This document shows positions 1-9,034 of a DNA stretch of 32,000 nt, piece after piece (the first letter of the stretch is position 1; the number at the start of each line of letters is the position of its first letter). The translations under genes and the position numbers were made by a program. The notes below the pieces were generated by a model that made no database searches, had not been told where the DNA came from, and saw only the letters and a list, made by a program, of their open reading frames with translations. Source of the stretch: Halorhodospira halophila SL1 (lineage in GTDB: Bacteria; Pseudomonadota; Gammaproteobacteria; Nitrococcales; Halorhodospiraceae); contig NC_008789.1 in the NCBI RefSeq assembly GCF_000015585.1, forward strand, positions 540,001-572,000, written 5' to 3'.

Positions 1-126
1 TTCCCCGCCCGGAGACGCCTCCGCCTCCGGCACAAAGTCCTCAACCTCGTCGAGCAGCGCCTGAAGATACTCCCCCAGGGCGTGCTGGTGATCGGGCAGC
101 CCCTTCCCCGGGTCCTCTTCAGACAT
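1..126 (-). CDS. First 42 codons of a gene that runs off the window edge. By position it is a ParP/CheW-like chemotaxis-array coupling protein.
   Basis: ATG at 126-124 overlaps the upstream stop (119-121). A GAGGTGG Shine-Dalgarno (SD) lies about 7 nt upstream. The frame is open to position 1 and reads MSEEDPGKGLPDHQHALGEYLQALLDEVEDFVPEAEASPGGE. The cheB-parC-parP order is known from Vibrio and Pseudomonas, so identity rests on synteny only. Confidence 0.35.
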   Translation of the reverse strand, partial: MSEEDPGKGLPDHQHALGEYLQALLDEVEDFVPEAEASPGGE

Positions 127-916
127 GGCCGGCCACCTCGTTATCACGTTCGCGCTCGGCCCGGGTCAGGTGTTCGAGCAGCTTGCGAAAGGCGAGGCTG
201 CCCCGGCACCAGGGCTGCATCACGGTCAGCGGCAGGCCGTCCCGGCTGGCCTCACGGAACTGCGTGTCCACCGGGATGGCGCCGGGCCAGACCCGCTCGC
301 CGTGGCGCTGCTGCAGATCCTCCAGGGCCCGGGTGGCGGCCCGGGTCCGCCGGTCGTACAGCGTCGGGACGATGGTGTAAGGCAGCGCGCGGGGCCGCGA
401 GCGCTCAATCATCTCCAGGGTGTGCACCATCCGCTCCAGCCCCTTGAGGGCGAGGAACTCGGTCTGCACCGGCACGATCAGCTGATCGCAGGCGGCCAGG
501 GCGTTGACCATCAGCACCCCGAGCATCGGTGGGCAGTCGAGCAGGGTGTAGTCGAAGCGGTGGGCCATGGTGCTCAGCCCCCGGCGGATCACCAGCCCCA
601 TGCCCTTGCGGCTGCCCAACTGTCGGTCCAGAGTCGCCAGCGAGGTGGAGGCCGGCAGCAGGTGCAGGCCCTCCACGGCGGTGGGCACGCTCATCGCCTC
701 GGGATCGATGCCCCGGCCCTGGTGGCGGAAGAGCTCGTAGAGGTTCGGCTCCACCACCTCCGGATCGTAGCCGAAGTAGCTGGTCAGCGACCCGTGGGGA
801 TCGAGGTCAACCACCAGAACCGAACGCCCCCGCTGGGCAAGCAGCCCGGCGAGGCTGGTGACGACCGTGGTCTTACCGACGCCGCCCTTCTGATTGGCCA
901 CTGTCCAGATGCGCAT
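119..916 (-). CDS. parC: ParA/MinD-family ATPase of the chemotaxis cluster (ParC type, polar array partitioning)
   Basis: 265 aa with an ATG start. It has the deviant Walker A motif NQKGGVGKTT. The N-terminus MRIWTVANQKGGVGKTTVVTSLAGLLAQRG...VDLDPHGSLTSYFGYD is typical of the ParA-like gene downstream of cheB. Confidence 0.8.
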   Translation of the reverse strand: MRIWTVANQKGGVGKTTVVTSLAGLLAQRGRSVLVVDLDPHGSLTSYFGYDPEVVEPNLYELFRHQGRGIDPEAMSVPTAVEGLHLLPASTSLATLDRQLGSRKGMGLVIRRGLSTMAHRFDYTLLDCPPMLGVLMVNALAACDQLIVPVQTEFLALKGLERMVHTLEMIERSRPRALPYTIVPTLYDRRTRAATRALEDLQQRHGERVWPGAIPVDTQFREASRDGLPLTVMQPWCRGSLAFRKLLEHLTRAERERDNEVAGHV

Positions 917-936
917 AGGCCTGCCGATCCTGCCCG

Positions 937-2124
937 CTAGCGAAGGCGGGCGAGTTCGTCTCCGATCCGCTCGAGGGGCAGCACCTGATCACTGAGCCCG
1001 GCCTTGGCCACCGCCGCTGGCATGCCGTAGATGACGCTGCTCGCCTCGTCCTGGCTCCACACCCAGCAACCGTTGTCCTTGAGCAGCTTGGCCCCCTTGG
1101 CCCCGTCCGAGCCCATACCAGTGAGCACGATCCCCAGCACCCCTGCCGGGGCCAGCCGGGCCAGCTCGCTGAAGGCAATATCGACGCTCGGCTTGTAGTG
1201 GTGGTCGCTCTGCCCCTCATAGGTGTAGACACTGAGCGCGCCGCTGCGCCCGCGTACCCCCAGGTGCCGGCCGCCGGGGGCGAGGAGCACCTCGCCAGGG
1301 CGCAGCAGGTCGTCGTCATCCGCCTCGCGGACCTGCACCTGGCAGAGCTCATTGAGGCGCTCGGCGAAGGCCGGGGTGAAGGAGGCCGGCATATGCTGGA
1401 TCACCAGCACGGGCACCGGGAAGCTCGCCGGTAGCCGGGTCAGCACCCGCTGCAGCGCCACCGGCCCGCCGGTGGAGCACCCGATGACCACCGCCTGCAG
1501 ATCGGCCAGGCGCGGACCGCCGCGGCCGGCGCGCCGCGCCCCAGTGGCCGGGGCCGGCTGCGCTGCAGGGGCCGGCGCCCGCGCCGCGGCTTCGCCTTCC
1601 GGGCGTGAGCGAGCCGCCGGCGGGGTGCGGCTGGGCGTCGGGGCCTCGCCGGTAGCCGGAGGCGCAGCCGCCGGCGCCCGGGCCTGGGAAACCGCAGCCT
1701 GCCCGCCCCGGGGGCCACCCCCGCGCCGGCCGCCGCCGAGCTCGACCAGCCGCCCGCAGAGCTGACGCTGGACCGCCTCCATGTCGCCGGAGATGTCGGC
1801 GAACCGCTTGGGGATGAAATCGGCGGCGCCGGCTTCAAGCGCCTCGATGGTCGCCCGAGCCCCCTCGTGGGTGAGCGAGGAGAACATCAGCACCGGGGTG
1901 GGTCGGCGCTGCATGATCTCGCGGACCGCCGAGATGCCGTCGAGTTCGGGCATCTCGATGTCCATGGTGATCACGTCCGGGCACAGCCGCTGGGCCAGCG
2001 ACACGGCCTGTCGGCCGTCGGCAGCCTCGCCGCAGACCTCGAGACGCGGGTCCTGCTCGACCATGGCGCGGATGCGCCGGCGGAAGAAACCGGAATCGTC
2101 GACCACCAGAACCCGAATGCTCAC
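937..2124 (-). CDS. cheB: Chemotaxis response regulator protein-glutamate methylesterase CheB
   Basis: 395 aa with a GTG start and a GGAGGA SD. The N-terminal receiver reads VLVVDDS...ITMDIEMPELDG. The C-terminal methylesterase domain reads VVIGCSTGGP...HMP...GMGSDGA. An Ala/Pro-rich linker of about 80 aa makes it longer than typical CheB. Confidence 0.92.
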   Translation of the reverse strand: MSIRVLVVDDSGFFRRRIRAMVEQDPRLEVCGEAADGRQAVSLAQRLCPDVITMDIEMPELDGISAVREIMQRRPTPVLMFSSLTHEGARATIEALEAGAADFIPKRFADISGDMEAVQRQLCGRLVELGGGRRGGGPRGGQAAVSQARAPAAAPPATGEAPTPSRTPPAARSRPEGEAAARAPAPAAQPAPATGARRAGRGGPRLADLQAVVIGCSTGGPVALQRVLTRLPASFPVPVLVIQHMPASFTPAFAERLNELCQVQVREADDDDLLRPGEVLLAPGGRHLGVRGRSGALSVYTYEGQSDHHYKPSVDIAFSELARLAPAGVLGIVLTGMGSDGAKGAKLLKDNGCWVWSQDEASSVIYGMPAAVAKAGLSDQVLPLERIGDELARLR

Positions 2125-2168
2125 CCAGTCCTCCTCGACCAGCGACGCGCGCCCCGCGCCCGGGAGGC

Positions 2169-4388
2169 CTACAGCCGCTTGCCGTACGCCTTGATCAGGC
2201 TCGGAATGTCGACGATCAGGGCGATCTGCCCGTCGCCGGTAATCGTGGACCCAGCCAACCCGGGCAGGCCGTGGAGCAGCGCACCGAGGGGCTTGATGAC
2301 CACCTCCTCGAGACCGATGACCTCATCGACGACGAAGCCCACCGCCTGATTGCCGACGATCACCGTGATGACCTGGCGCTCGTCCTCGGACTCCTCACCG
2401 TTGGCCATCTCGCGTTTGGTGGTCAACACCGGCTCGCCCGCCTGGCTGAGCCAGCGCTCGAGGAAGAACAGTGGCATGGCCTTGTCGCGGACGATGGCCA
2501 CCAGGCGGTTGTTGACCACGTTGGTACGCACGTCCTGGAGCTCGAAGATCTCGCGGACTACCGACATGGGCAGGGCGAACTTGCGCCCGGAGATCTTGAC
2601 CATCAGCGTCGGCAGGATGGCCAGGGTCAGGGGCAGCTGGATGCGCATGACCGTGCCGCGGCCCAGTTCCGAGTCGATGTCCACCGTGCCGTTGAGCCGC
2701 GAGAGGCTGTTCTTGACCACGTCCATGCCCACGCCGCGTCCGGAGACGTCGGAGATCTCCTCCTTGCTGGAGAAACCGGCGTGGAAGATGAGGCTGAACG
2801 CCTCCTTGTCGTCGAGCCGCGAGGCCGACTCCTCGTCCATCAGGCCCTTCTTCACCGCCAGGCCGCGCAGCTTGTCCGGGTCCATGCCGCGCCCGTCGTC
2901 AGCGATGGTCAGCAGGATGTGGTCGCCCTCCTGCTCGGCGGCCAGGGTCACCGTGCCCTGGCGCGGCTTGCCGGCGGCCTCGCGCTCATCGGGGTACTCC
3001 ACGCCGTGGTCGACGGCGTTGCGCACCAGGTGGACCATGGGATCGGCCAGGGCCTCGACCATGTTCTTGTCCAGGTCGGTGTCCTCGCCGTGGGTCTCCA
3101 GGGTGACCTCCTTGTCGAGCTGGCGCGCCAGGTCGCGGATCACTCGGGGGAAACGCCCGAAGACCTTCTTGATCGGCTGCATGCGCGTCTTCATCACCGA
3201 AGACTGCAGGTCGGAGGTGACCAGCTCGAGATCGCTGACCGCCTGGCCGAGGCGGTCGTCGTCGACCTCGTTGCGCAGATTGGAGAGGCGGTTGCGCACC
3301 AGCACCAGCTCGCCGACCAGGTTCATGATCTCGTCGAGCTTGGCGGTATCCACCCGCACCGAGGCCTCGACCTTGTTGCCGCCACCGCCGGCATCGGCAC
3401 CGGCGGCGCCACCTTTATCGGCGGCGCCGCCACCCCCGCCGCCCTTGTTGCCACCGCCACCGGCGGCGGGTTGCCGGGCGGGCTTCTCGGCACCACCGCT
3501 CCCCTGGCCCGTGGCAGGCTGCGGCGACTCGGCCGCCGGCTGTTCGGGGGCGGATGGACTAGACGGCGACGGCTGGGGCGGGGCCGGCTCCGGGGTACTC
3601 TCCTGCGCGCCGTCCACCGCCGGCGGCGGCGCATCCTTGCCCGGCGCGGCGCCGGGGCCGTAGAGACTGTCGAGCAGCTGCTCGAACTCCTCCTCGGTAA
3701 TCTCCTCACCGCCCCCACCCGAGTCCGACCCGGCGGGGGCGTCGGCGGCCGGCTGCTCGGCCGCCGGCTTGCCCTGGTGCTGCCCCTTGCCGTGCAGTTC
3801 GTCGAGGAGCTGCTCGAACTCGGCGTCGGAGATCTCGTCTCCGCCGGTATCGACGGAGGCCTCATCCCCCTCATCGAGGGCTGTCAGCAGCTCGTCGAAC
3901 TCGGCGTCACTCCCATCGCCGCCCTGCCCCGGCGTTGCCGGCTGTGCGGCGGCCGGCGCCGGCTCGGCACCGGCAGCCGGCGGCGCAGAGCCGCCGGCAT
4001 CCGGCTTCTTGAGGCGGTCGAGCTCCTGGAGCAGCTCCGCCGGGGCGGGCTCCGGGTCGCTGCCGCTCTCGATCTGTCCGAACTGCGCCACCACCACATC
4101 GAGGGCGCGCAGGACGGAGTCCATCAGTTCCTGGGAGACCTGCTTGTCGCCATTACGCAGCAGGTTGAAGACGTCCTCGGTGCGGTGGCAGACGTCCACC
4201 AGCGGGTCGAGCCCCAGGAACCCGGCGCCGCCCTTGATGGTGTGGAAGCCGCGGAAGACCGAGTTGAGCAGGTCCTTATCCTCGCCGTGCTGCTCCAGGT
4301 CCACCAGCTGCTCGCCCAGCCGGTCGAGGATCTCCCGAGACTCGACCAGGAAGTCCTGCACGATGTCGTCGTCGAGGTCGATGGCCAT
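2169..4388 (-). CDS. cheA: Chemotaxis histidine kinase CheA
   Basis: 739 aa. The N-terminal Hpt domain reads FRGFHTIKGGAGFLGL. About 235 aa of low-complexity linker follow, then the dimerisation, HATPase (DDGRGMD, GRGVGMDVV) and CheW-like domains. ATG start with a GGAGG SD. Confidence 0.95.
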   Translation of the reverse strand: MAIDLDDDIVQDFLVESREILDRLGEQLVDLEQHGEDKDLLNSVFRGFHTIKGGAGFLGLDPLVDVCHRTEDVFNLLRNGDKQVSQELMDSVLRALDVVVAQFGQIESGSDPEPAPAELLQELDRLKKPDAGGSAPPAAGAEPAPAAAQPATPGQGGDGSDAEFDELLTALDEGDEASVDTGGDEISDAEFEQLLDELHGKGQHQGKPAAEQPAADAPAGSDSGGGGEEITEEEFEQLLDSLYGPGAAPGKDAPPPAVDGAQESTPEPAPPQPSPSSPSAPEQPAAESPQPATGQGSGGAEKPARQPAAGGGGNKGGGGGGAADKGGAAGADAGGGGNKVEASVRVDTAKLDEIMNLVGELVLVRNRLSNLRNEVDDDRLGQAVSDLELVTSDLQSSVMKTRMQPIKKVFGRFPRVIRDLARQLDKEVTLETHGEDTDLDKNMVEALADPMVHLVRNAVDHGVEYPDEREAAGKPRQGTVTLAAEQEGDHILLTIADDGRGMDPDKLRGLAVKKGLMDEESASRLDDKEAFSLIFHAGFSSKEEISDVSGRGVGMDVVKNSLSRLNGTVDIDSELGRGTVMRIQLPLTLAILPTLMVKISGRKFALPMSVVREIFELQDVRTNVVNNRLVAIVRDKAMPLFFLERWLSQAGEPVLTTKREMANGEESEDERQVITVIVGNQAVGFVVDEVIGLEEVVIKPLGALLHGLPGLAGSTITGDGQIALIVDIPSLIKAYGKRL

Positions 4389-4427
4389 GCTCGGCCTCCG
4401 CTGTTGTTGGGCTTCTCGGTGCCCGGG

Positions 4428-5222
4428 TTAGAACCCCAGACTCGACAGGAGGTCGTCCACCTCGTCCTGTCCACTGACCACATCATCGCCGCCCTGCCCG
4501 GGCAGGGTCGGCCCCTCGCCGCGGCGCATGCGCTCGCTGGCCGCCTCGGCGTCCTCGGCGGCACGCCCCGGGCGCTGGAGACCATCCTCCTCGAAGCGCT
4601 GCCCGGAGATCCTTACCAACTGGACCAGGTTCCCCTCGACCTCCTCGACCAGGGCGATGACCTTGCGGATGATCTGCCCGGTCAGGTCCTGGTAGTCCTG
4701 GGCCATCAGCGCCTCGTTGAGCTGATCGCTGATCTGCCGGCTGTCGGCCTGAACCCGACCCAGGAAGGCTTCCAGATCCCGGGAGAGTTCGCGGAAGTCC
4801 TCGACGTTGAGCTCGCGGCGCTGGAAGGCCTGCCAGCGCTCGGCCAGCCGCGCTCCCTCCTCGGCCAACTGCTGCGCCAGCGGCGCGCTGCCCTCGATCA
4901 CCGTCAGGGTACGGTGCGCGGCCTGCTCGGTCATGGTGATGACGTAGTTCAGGCGCTCGCGGGCGTCGGGGATCTCCTGGGAGGTGATATCGGCCAGGCG
5001 CTCATCGTAGTTGAACGCCTTGATCGCCTCGTGCAGGTCCCGCGTCAGGGTGCCGAGTTCGCGGAAGAGCTCCGTCTCCCGCAGGTGGGTCAGATCGTCG
5101 ATGACCGCCTGGGCGCCCTCGCTATCCCCGGCATCGACGTGCTCCAGCAGCTGCTGGGCCGCCCGCCGGTACGCTTCGAGATCGGCGCCGCCGCTGCCCT
5201 GCTCCCGGCGCATGCTGTTCAA
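4428..5222 (-). CDS. cheZ: CheY-P phosphatase CheZ
   Basis: The C-terminal CheY-binding peptide [12 protein letters not shown] and the conserved core ...[12 protein letters not shown]... are present. The ORF-track start at 5222 is TTG. ATG at 5213 (MRREQG...) is the more likely start. Confidence 0.85.
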   Translation of the reverse strand: MNSMRREQGSGGADLEAYRRAAQQLLEHVDAGDSEGAQAVIDDLTHLRETELFRELGTLTRDLHEAIKAFNYDERLADITSQEIPDARERLNYVITMTEQAAHRTLTVIEGSAPLAQQLAEEGARLAERWQAFQRRELNVEDFRELSRDLEAFLGRVQADSRQISDQLNEALMAQDYQDLTGQIIRKVIALVEEVEGNLVQLVRISGQRFEEDGLQRPGRAAEDAEAASERMRRGEGPTLPGQGGDDVVSGQDEVDDLLSSLGF

Positions 5223-5620
5223 CCCCCACCTGCCTGGACCCGTTCGAAGATCTTGTCGATCTTTTCGCGCAGCGTGGCCGCCGTGAAGGGCTTGACGATG
5301 TAGCCGTTCACCCCGGCCTGCGCTGCCTCCATGATCTGCTCGCGCTTGGCCTCGGCGGTGACCATCAGCGTCGGCAGATCCTTGAGGTTCGGATCGGCAC
5401 GAACGTGCTTGAGCAGTTCCAGGCCGGTCATGCCGGGCATGTTCCAGTCGGTGATGAGGAATTGGATCCCGCCCTTTTGCAGGATGGGCAGCGCCGTGTT
5501 GCCGTCGTCGGCTTCAACCACGTTGTTGTAGCCGAGCTCGCGCAACAGGTTTTTGATGATGCGCCTCATCGTGGAGAAGTCATCCACCACGAGGATCTTG
5601 ATGTTCTTGTCCGCTGCCAC
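5219..5620 (-). CDS. cheY: Chemotaxis response regulator CheY
   Basis: 133 aa with canonical residues: [26 protein letters not shown] and YIVKPF. GTG start with an AGGGGGG SD. Confidence 0.95.
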   Translation of the reverse strand: MAADKNIKILVVDDFSTMRRIIKNLLRELGYNNVVEADDGNTALPILQKGGIQFLITDWNMPGMTGLELLKHVRADPNLKDLPTLMVTAEAKREQIMEAAQAGVNGYIVKPFTAATLREKIDKIFERVQAGGG

Positions 5621-5655
5621 ATTGCCCCCCTATCTCGAGGCCTTGCCAAGCCGTG

Positions 5656-6399
5656 CTAAGCCGTTCGTTCCTGCTGCTCGCGCCGCCACTCGCCGAGGCG
5701 ATTGCGCAGCTTGAGCATGATCCGGCCGTGGATCTGGCTGACCCGCGACTCCGAGACCCCGAGGACCTCACCGATTTCGCGCAGGTTGAGCTCCTCATCG
5801 TAATAGAGCGCCATGACCAGACGCTCGCGCTCAGGCAGCTCGCGGATCGCCTCGGCCAGTTCACCCTGAAACGCCTCGTCCTGCAGCATCGCCAGCGGCC
5901 CCGGCTCGTGCCCGGCGGGCTCGTGGGGTTCGCCGGTGCCCGGATCCTCCTGATCGATGCTGAAGACTTTCGCCGAGGACACATCCTGCAGGATATTGTG
6001 GTATTCCGCCACCGAGATCCCCAGGGCCTCGGCCACTTCGTGGTCGCGAGCGTCCCGCCCGGTCTGGTGCTCGATGGTGCGGATCGCCTCGGCCACCTCG
6101 CGGCCCTTGCGGTGGACCGATCGCGGCGTCCAGTCAAGCCGGCGCATCTCATCGAGCATGGCGCCGCGGATGCGGATCCCGGCGTAGGTCTGGAAGCTCG
6201 CGCCCTGGGAGGAGTCGTACTGGCGCGCCGCCTCGAGCAGGCCGATCATGCCGGCCTGGATCAGATCCTCGAGCTGCACGCTCGGCGGCAGGCGGCTGGC
6301 CAGGTGGTGGGCGATCCGCTTGACCAGGGAGGCGTGGCGGGTGACGAGGTCCTCGTCGCCCTGTTGCGCCACCGCGGTGTACATCGCGTGACCATTCAT
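5656..6399 (-). CDS. fliA: Flagellar sigma factor sigma28 (FliA)
   Basis: 247 aa. Sigma70 regions 2-4 are recognisable (DLIQAGMIGLLEAARQYD...; C-terminal HTH LREIGEVLGVSESRVSQI). It lies directly after flhF-flhG, as in polar flagellates. Confidence 0.95.
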   Translation of the reverse strand: MNGHAMYTAVAQQGDEDLVTRHASLVKRIAHHLASRLPPSVQLEDLIQAGMIGLLEAARQYDSSQGASFQTYAGIRIRGAMLDEMRRLDWTPRSVHRKGREVAEAIRTIEHQTGRDARDHEVAEALGISVAEYHNILQDVSSAKVFSIDQEDPGTGEPHEPAGHEPGPLAMLQDEAFQGELAEAIRELPERERLVMALYYDEELNLREIGEVLGVSESRVSQIHGRIMLKLRNRLGEWRREQQERTA

Positions 6400-7280
6400 C
6401 AGGTCACCTCTCCCCCCATGCTGCTGTATTCAATCAGTCGCTCGACGAAGAACTCCAGGTTGCCGGTGGCACCGGAGGGCGTCGGCCATGCATCGATGCG
6501 CCGCGCCAGGTCGTTGAAGGCACGCGCCGAGGGGCTGTTCGGGTAGGTCTCCACCACCGGCTGCTGCTTCTGCACCGCCCGGCGCAGACGATCATCCTCA
6601 GGGATGGCGCCGATGAAGTCCAGATTCAGGTCGAGGAAGCGCTCGGTGGCCACGGACAGCTTCTGGTGCAGCATCTGCCCCTCGCGGCGACTGCGCACGC
6701 GGTTGGCAACCAGATGGAAGCGCTCGACCCCGTAGCGGTTGAGCACCTTGATCAGGGCGTAGGCGTCGGTGATCGACGAGGGCTCGTTGCAGGCGACGAT
6801 GACCAGCTCGCGGCAGGCGCGCACGAAGCTGACCACACTCTCGGAAATGCCCGCCGCGGTATCGACCAGCAGCACGTCGACATCGCGCTGGAGCTCGCTG
6901 AAGCAGCGGATCAACCCGGCGTGCTCGGCGGCGGTGAGCTCGGCCATGCGCTGGGTACCCGACGAGGCGGGCACGATGGTAAAGCCCCCGGGGGCCTCCA
7001 CCAGGACCTCGTCGAGGCTGGCGTCACCGGAGAGCACGTGGGAGAGGTTGAGCTTGGGCGACAGCCCCAGGGCCACATCGACGTTGGCCAGGCCCAGGTC
7101 GGCGTCGAACAGCATCACCTCCTGGCCCATGCGGCTGAGCGCGGTGGCCAGATTCACGGAGACGTTGGTCTTGCCGACTCCGCCCTTGCCGCCGGTGACG
7201 GCGACCACCTTGACCGGTCTGGTTTTCGCCATCCTGCGCAACCCCGCCGCCTGATCGAGGCCCGGCTCAGTCAGGAACAT
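6399..7280 (-). CDS. flhG: MinD-like ATPase FlhG/FleN (flagellar number regulator)
   Basis: 293 aa. It has the N-terminal DQAAGLR FlhF-activating motif and the deviant Walker A GGKGGVGKT. ATG start with a GGGGGAGG SD. It overlaps the end of flhF by 10 nt. Confidence 0.9.
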   Translation of the reverse strand: MFLTEPGLDQAAGLRRMAKTRPVKVVAVTGGKGGVGKTNVSVNLATALSRMGQEVMLFDADLGLANVDVALGLSPKLNLSHVLSGDASLDEVLVEAPGGFTIVPASSGTQRMAELTAAEHAGLIRCFSELQRDVDVLLVDTAAGISESVVSFVRACRELVIVACNEPSSITDAYALIKVLNRYGVERFHLVANRVRSRREGQMLHQKLSVATERFLDLNLDFIGAIPEDDRLRRAVQKQQPVVETYPNSPSARAFNDLARRIDAWPTPSGATGNLEFFVERLIEYSSMGGEVT

Positions 7281-9028
7281 GCGCCTCCCCCACCGAGCGC
7301 CAATGCCAGGGCTTCCTCATCCGCCTCCTGGACGTGCTCGTCCAGCAGGGCACATGCCCGGTGGACGAGTGTATCACCCCTGGCCGCCTGGAGGTCTTCC
7401 GGCACCCGCTGGCCCACGGCCAGGTAGGCGATGGGCAGCTTGGTGCGCAGGGCGCAGGTCATCGCCCCGCCCAGACTCGAGGCCTCGTCGACCTTGGTGA
7501 AGATGCAGCCCACCGGCTCGGCGCCGGCGAAGGCGCTGACCGATTCGGTCAGGGTCGCCATCTGCGTGGCCGCCGAGAGCACCAGGTACGTCTTCACCAG
7601 GCCCTCCGCGCTGCCCAGGGTCTTGAACTGCTCAGCCAGGCGGACATCGCGCTGACTCATGCCCACCGTGTCGATGAGCACCAGACCACGATCCATCAAA
7701 TCGTCGACAATCGTGCGCAGCTCGTGACGATTGGTGGCGGTGTAGACCGGGACGTCGAGGATACGGGCATAGGTGAGCAGCTGATCCTGGGCGCCGACCC
7801 GGTAGTTGTCGGTGCTGACCAGCGCCACCTGCTCGCGGCCGTGACGCAGGGCGTAGCGCGCCGCCAGCTTGGCCACCGTGGTGGTCTTGCCGACGCCGGT
7901 GGGGCCGACCAGGGCGTAGACCCCGCCGCGATCGACGATCTGATCACCGGCGATGGGCAGATGCCGGGCGATCAGGGCCAGGGCCTTGCGGAAGGCGGTG
8001 TCGGGGTTCTCGTCGCCGCCGATGTGATCGGCCAGCTTACGACTGACCTCGGTACCCATACCGAGGTCGGTAAGCCGCTTGATCACCGCGGCCCGCGCCG
8101 GGTGGCGGTGGCCCATGCGATTCCACTCGAGCAGCGAGAGCTGGTTCTCGAAGAGGCTGCGCAGGGTACGGATCTCCTCGCGCATCTCCTGGAAGGCCGG
8201 CTCCTCCTCGACACGCCGCCGGCTTGCGCCGCCGCCGCTCGCCGCGGCGGCACCACTCTGGGCGCCGCTGCTGGCCGCCTCCGCGGCGGCGCCTATCGCC
8301 GCAGCGTGCTCCGCGCCACCGAGCCCGTGGTGACGCTGCCCGGCACTGCCCCCGCCGACGCCGCCTTGACTCCGCTCCGGGCGGGACGCCGGATCGCGCC
8401 GCGGCTGCTCGGCGCGCTTGCGCTCCACCTCCTGGTGCTCACGGCTGAGGGCGTCGAAGAGTTCGGCGTCCTCGTCGGCACCACCGACCCGCAGGTCGAT
8501 CCGCGGCTCGCGGCGTTCGCCCCCGGCGGCGGCGCCGCGCTCCTGACCGGCGCTGCGGTGGGCGGCGGCATTGGCGCGGGCCCGCTCCGCCGCGCCGGAA
8601 TCGATGCGCGGCCGCCCACGGGACGCCGACCCGCCCTCGCGCTGCGGCAGGGCGTCGTCGGCCACGGCGCCACCCGCCCGCAGGCTGCGCAGCCGGGCCA
8701 GCGCCGCCTCGCGGGCGCGGCCGGCCTCATCCTCGGTCTCACCGGCCTCCCCGGCCTCCCCGGCGGGCTCACCGCCGGCCGCAGGCAGATCCGGCTCCCC
8801 GGGGCGCGGCCCCGGGGACCCGTCCAGGGGCGGGATCTCGGCCGCCCGCGGATCTTGTGCGCGGGCCGCCGCCTGAACGGCGCGCTCATCGTAGTCCACC
8901 GCCGAGATCACCTCCACGCCGCCATCGACGTTGCGCGAGGAGATGACCACGGCGTCCGGGCCGTGCTGCTCCTTGACCTTACGCAGCGCCTCGCGGGTAT
9001 TGGCGGCGAAGATTCGCTTGATTCGCAT
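7271..9028 (-). CDS. flhF: SRP-type GTPase FlhF (polar flagellar placement)
   Basis: 585 aa. The N-terminal B-domain reads MRIKRIFAANTREALRKVKEQHGPDAVV. The C-terminal NG domain reads LVGPTGVGKTTTVAKLAA, DTVGMSQRD and TKVDE. A low-complexity insert of about 240 aa lies between them. Confidence 0.9.
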   Translation of the reverse strand: MRIKRIFAANTREALRKVKEQHGPDAVVISSRNVDGGVEVISAVDYDERAVQAAARAQDPRAAEIPPLDGSPGPRPGEPDLPAAGGEPAGEAGEAGETEDEAGRAREAALARLRSLRAGGAVADDALPQREGGSASRGRPRIDSGAAERARANAAAHRSAGQERGAAAGGERREPRIDLRVGGADEDAELFDALSREHQEVERKRAEQPRRDPASRPERSQGGVGGGSAGQRHHGLGGAEHAAAIGAAAEAASSGAQSGAAAASGGGASRRRVEEEPAFQEMREEIRTLRSLFENQLSLLEWNRMGHRHPARAAVIKRLTDLGMGTEVSRKLADHIGGDENPDTAFRKALALIARHLPIAGDQIVDRGGVYALVGPTGVGKTTTVAKLAARYALRHGREQVALVSTDNYRVGAQDQLLTYARILDVPVYTATNRHELRTIVDDLMDRGLVLIDTVGMSQRDVRLAEQFKTLGSAEGLVKTYLVLSAATQMATLTESVSAFAGAEPVGCIFTKVDEASSLGGAMTCALRTKLPIAYLAVGQRVPEDLQAARGDTLVHRACALLDEHVQEADEEALALALGGGGACS

Positions 9029-9034
9029 GGTGCG

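Noticed and set aside
3415-3422. A perfect sigma28 -10 octamer GCCGATAA on the minus strand inside cheA.
   Set aside because: It lies within the coding linker (codons A-A-D-K). There is no TAAA/TCAA -35 element at N15-16 spacing; the nearest ACAAG is about 19 nt away. It is most likely a chance match.
4987-5014. TCAA-N16-GCCGATAT on the minus strand inside cheZ, with the same spacing as the fliL candidate. It could be an internal FliA promoter for cheA.
   Set aside because: It is entirely within the coding sequence, the -35 context is poorer (TTCAAC), and I have no independent support. It should be kept only as something to look at if TSS data exist.
2271-5303. A 1010-aa plus-strand ORF, and similar long ORFs (e.g. 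7334-9187, 9221-10402, 11965-13569, 21704-22723, 23222-24373, 24481-25695, 26882-28225, 27927-29963, 30071-31618), all antisense to flagellar or chemotaxis genes.
   Set aside because: Very high GC content removes stop codons from the antisense frames. The translations are Arg/Gly/Ala/Pro/His/Leu-rich low complexity with no recognisable domains or Shine-Dalgarno sequences. The opposite strand encodes unmistakable conserved proteins across the same coordinates.
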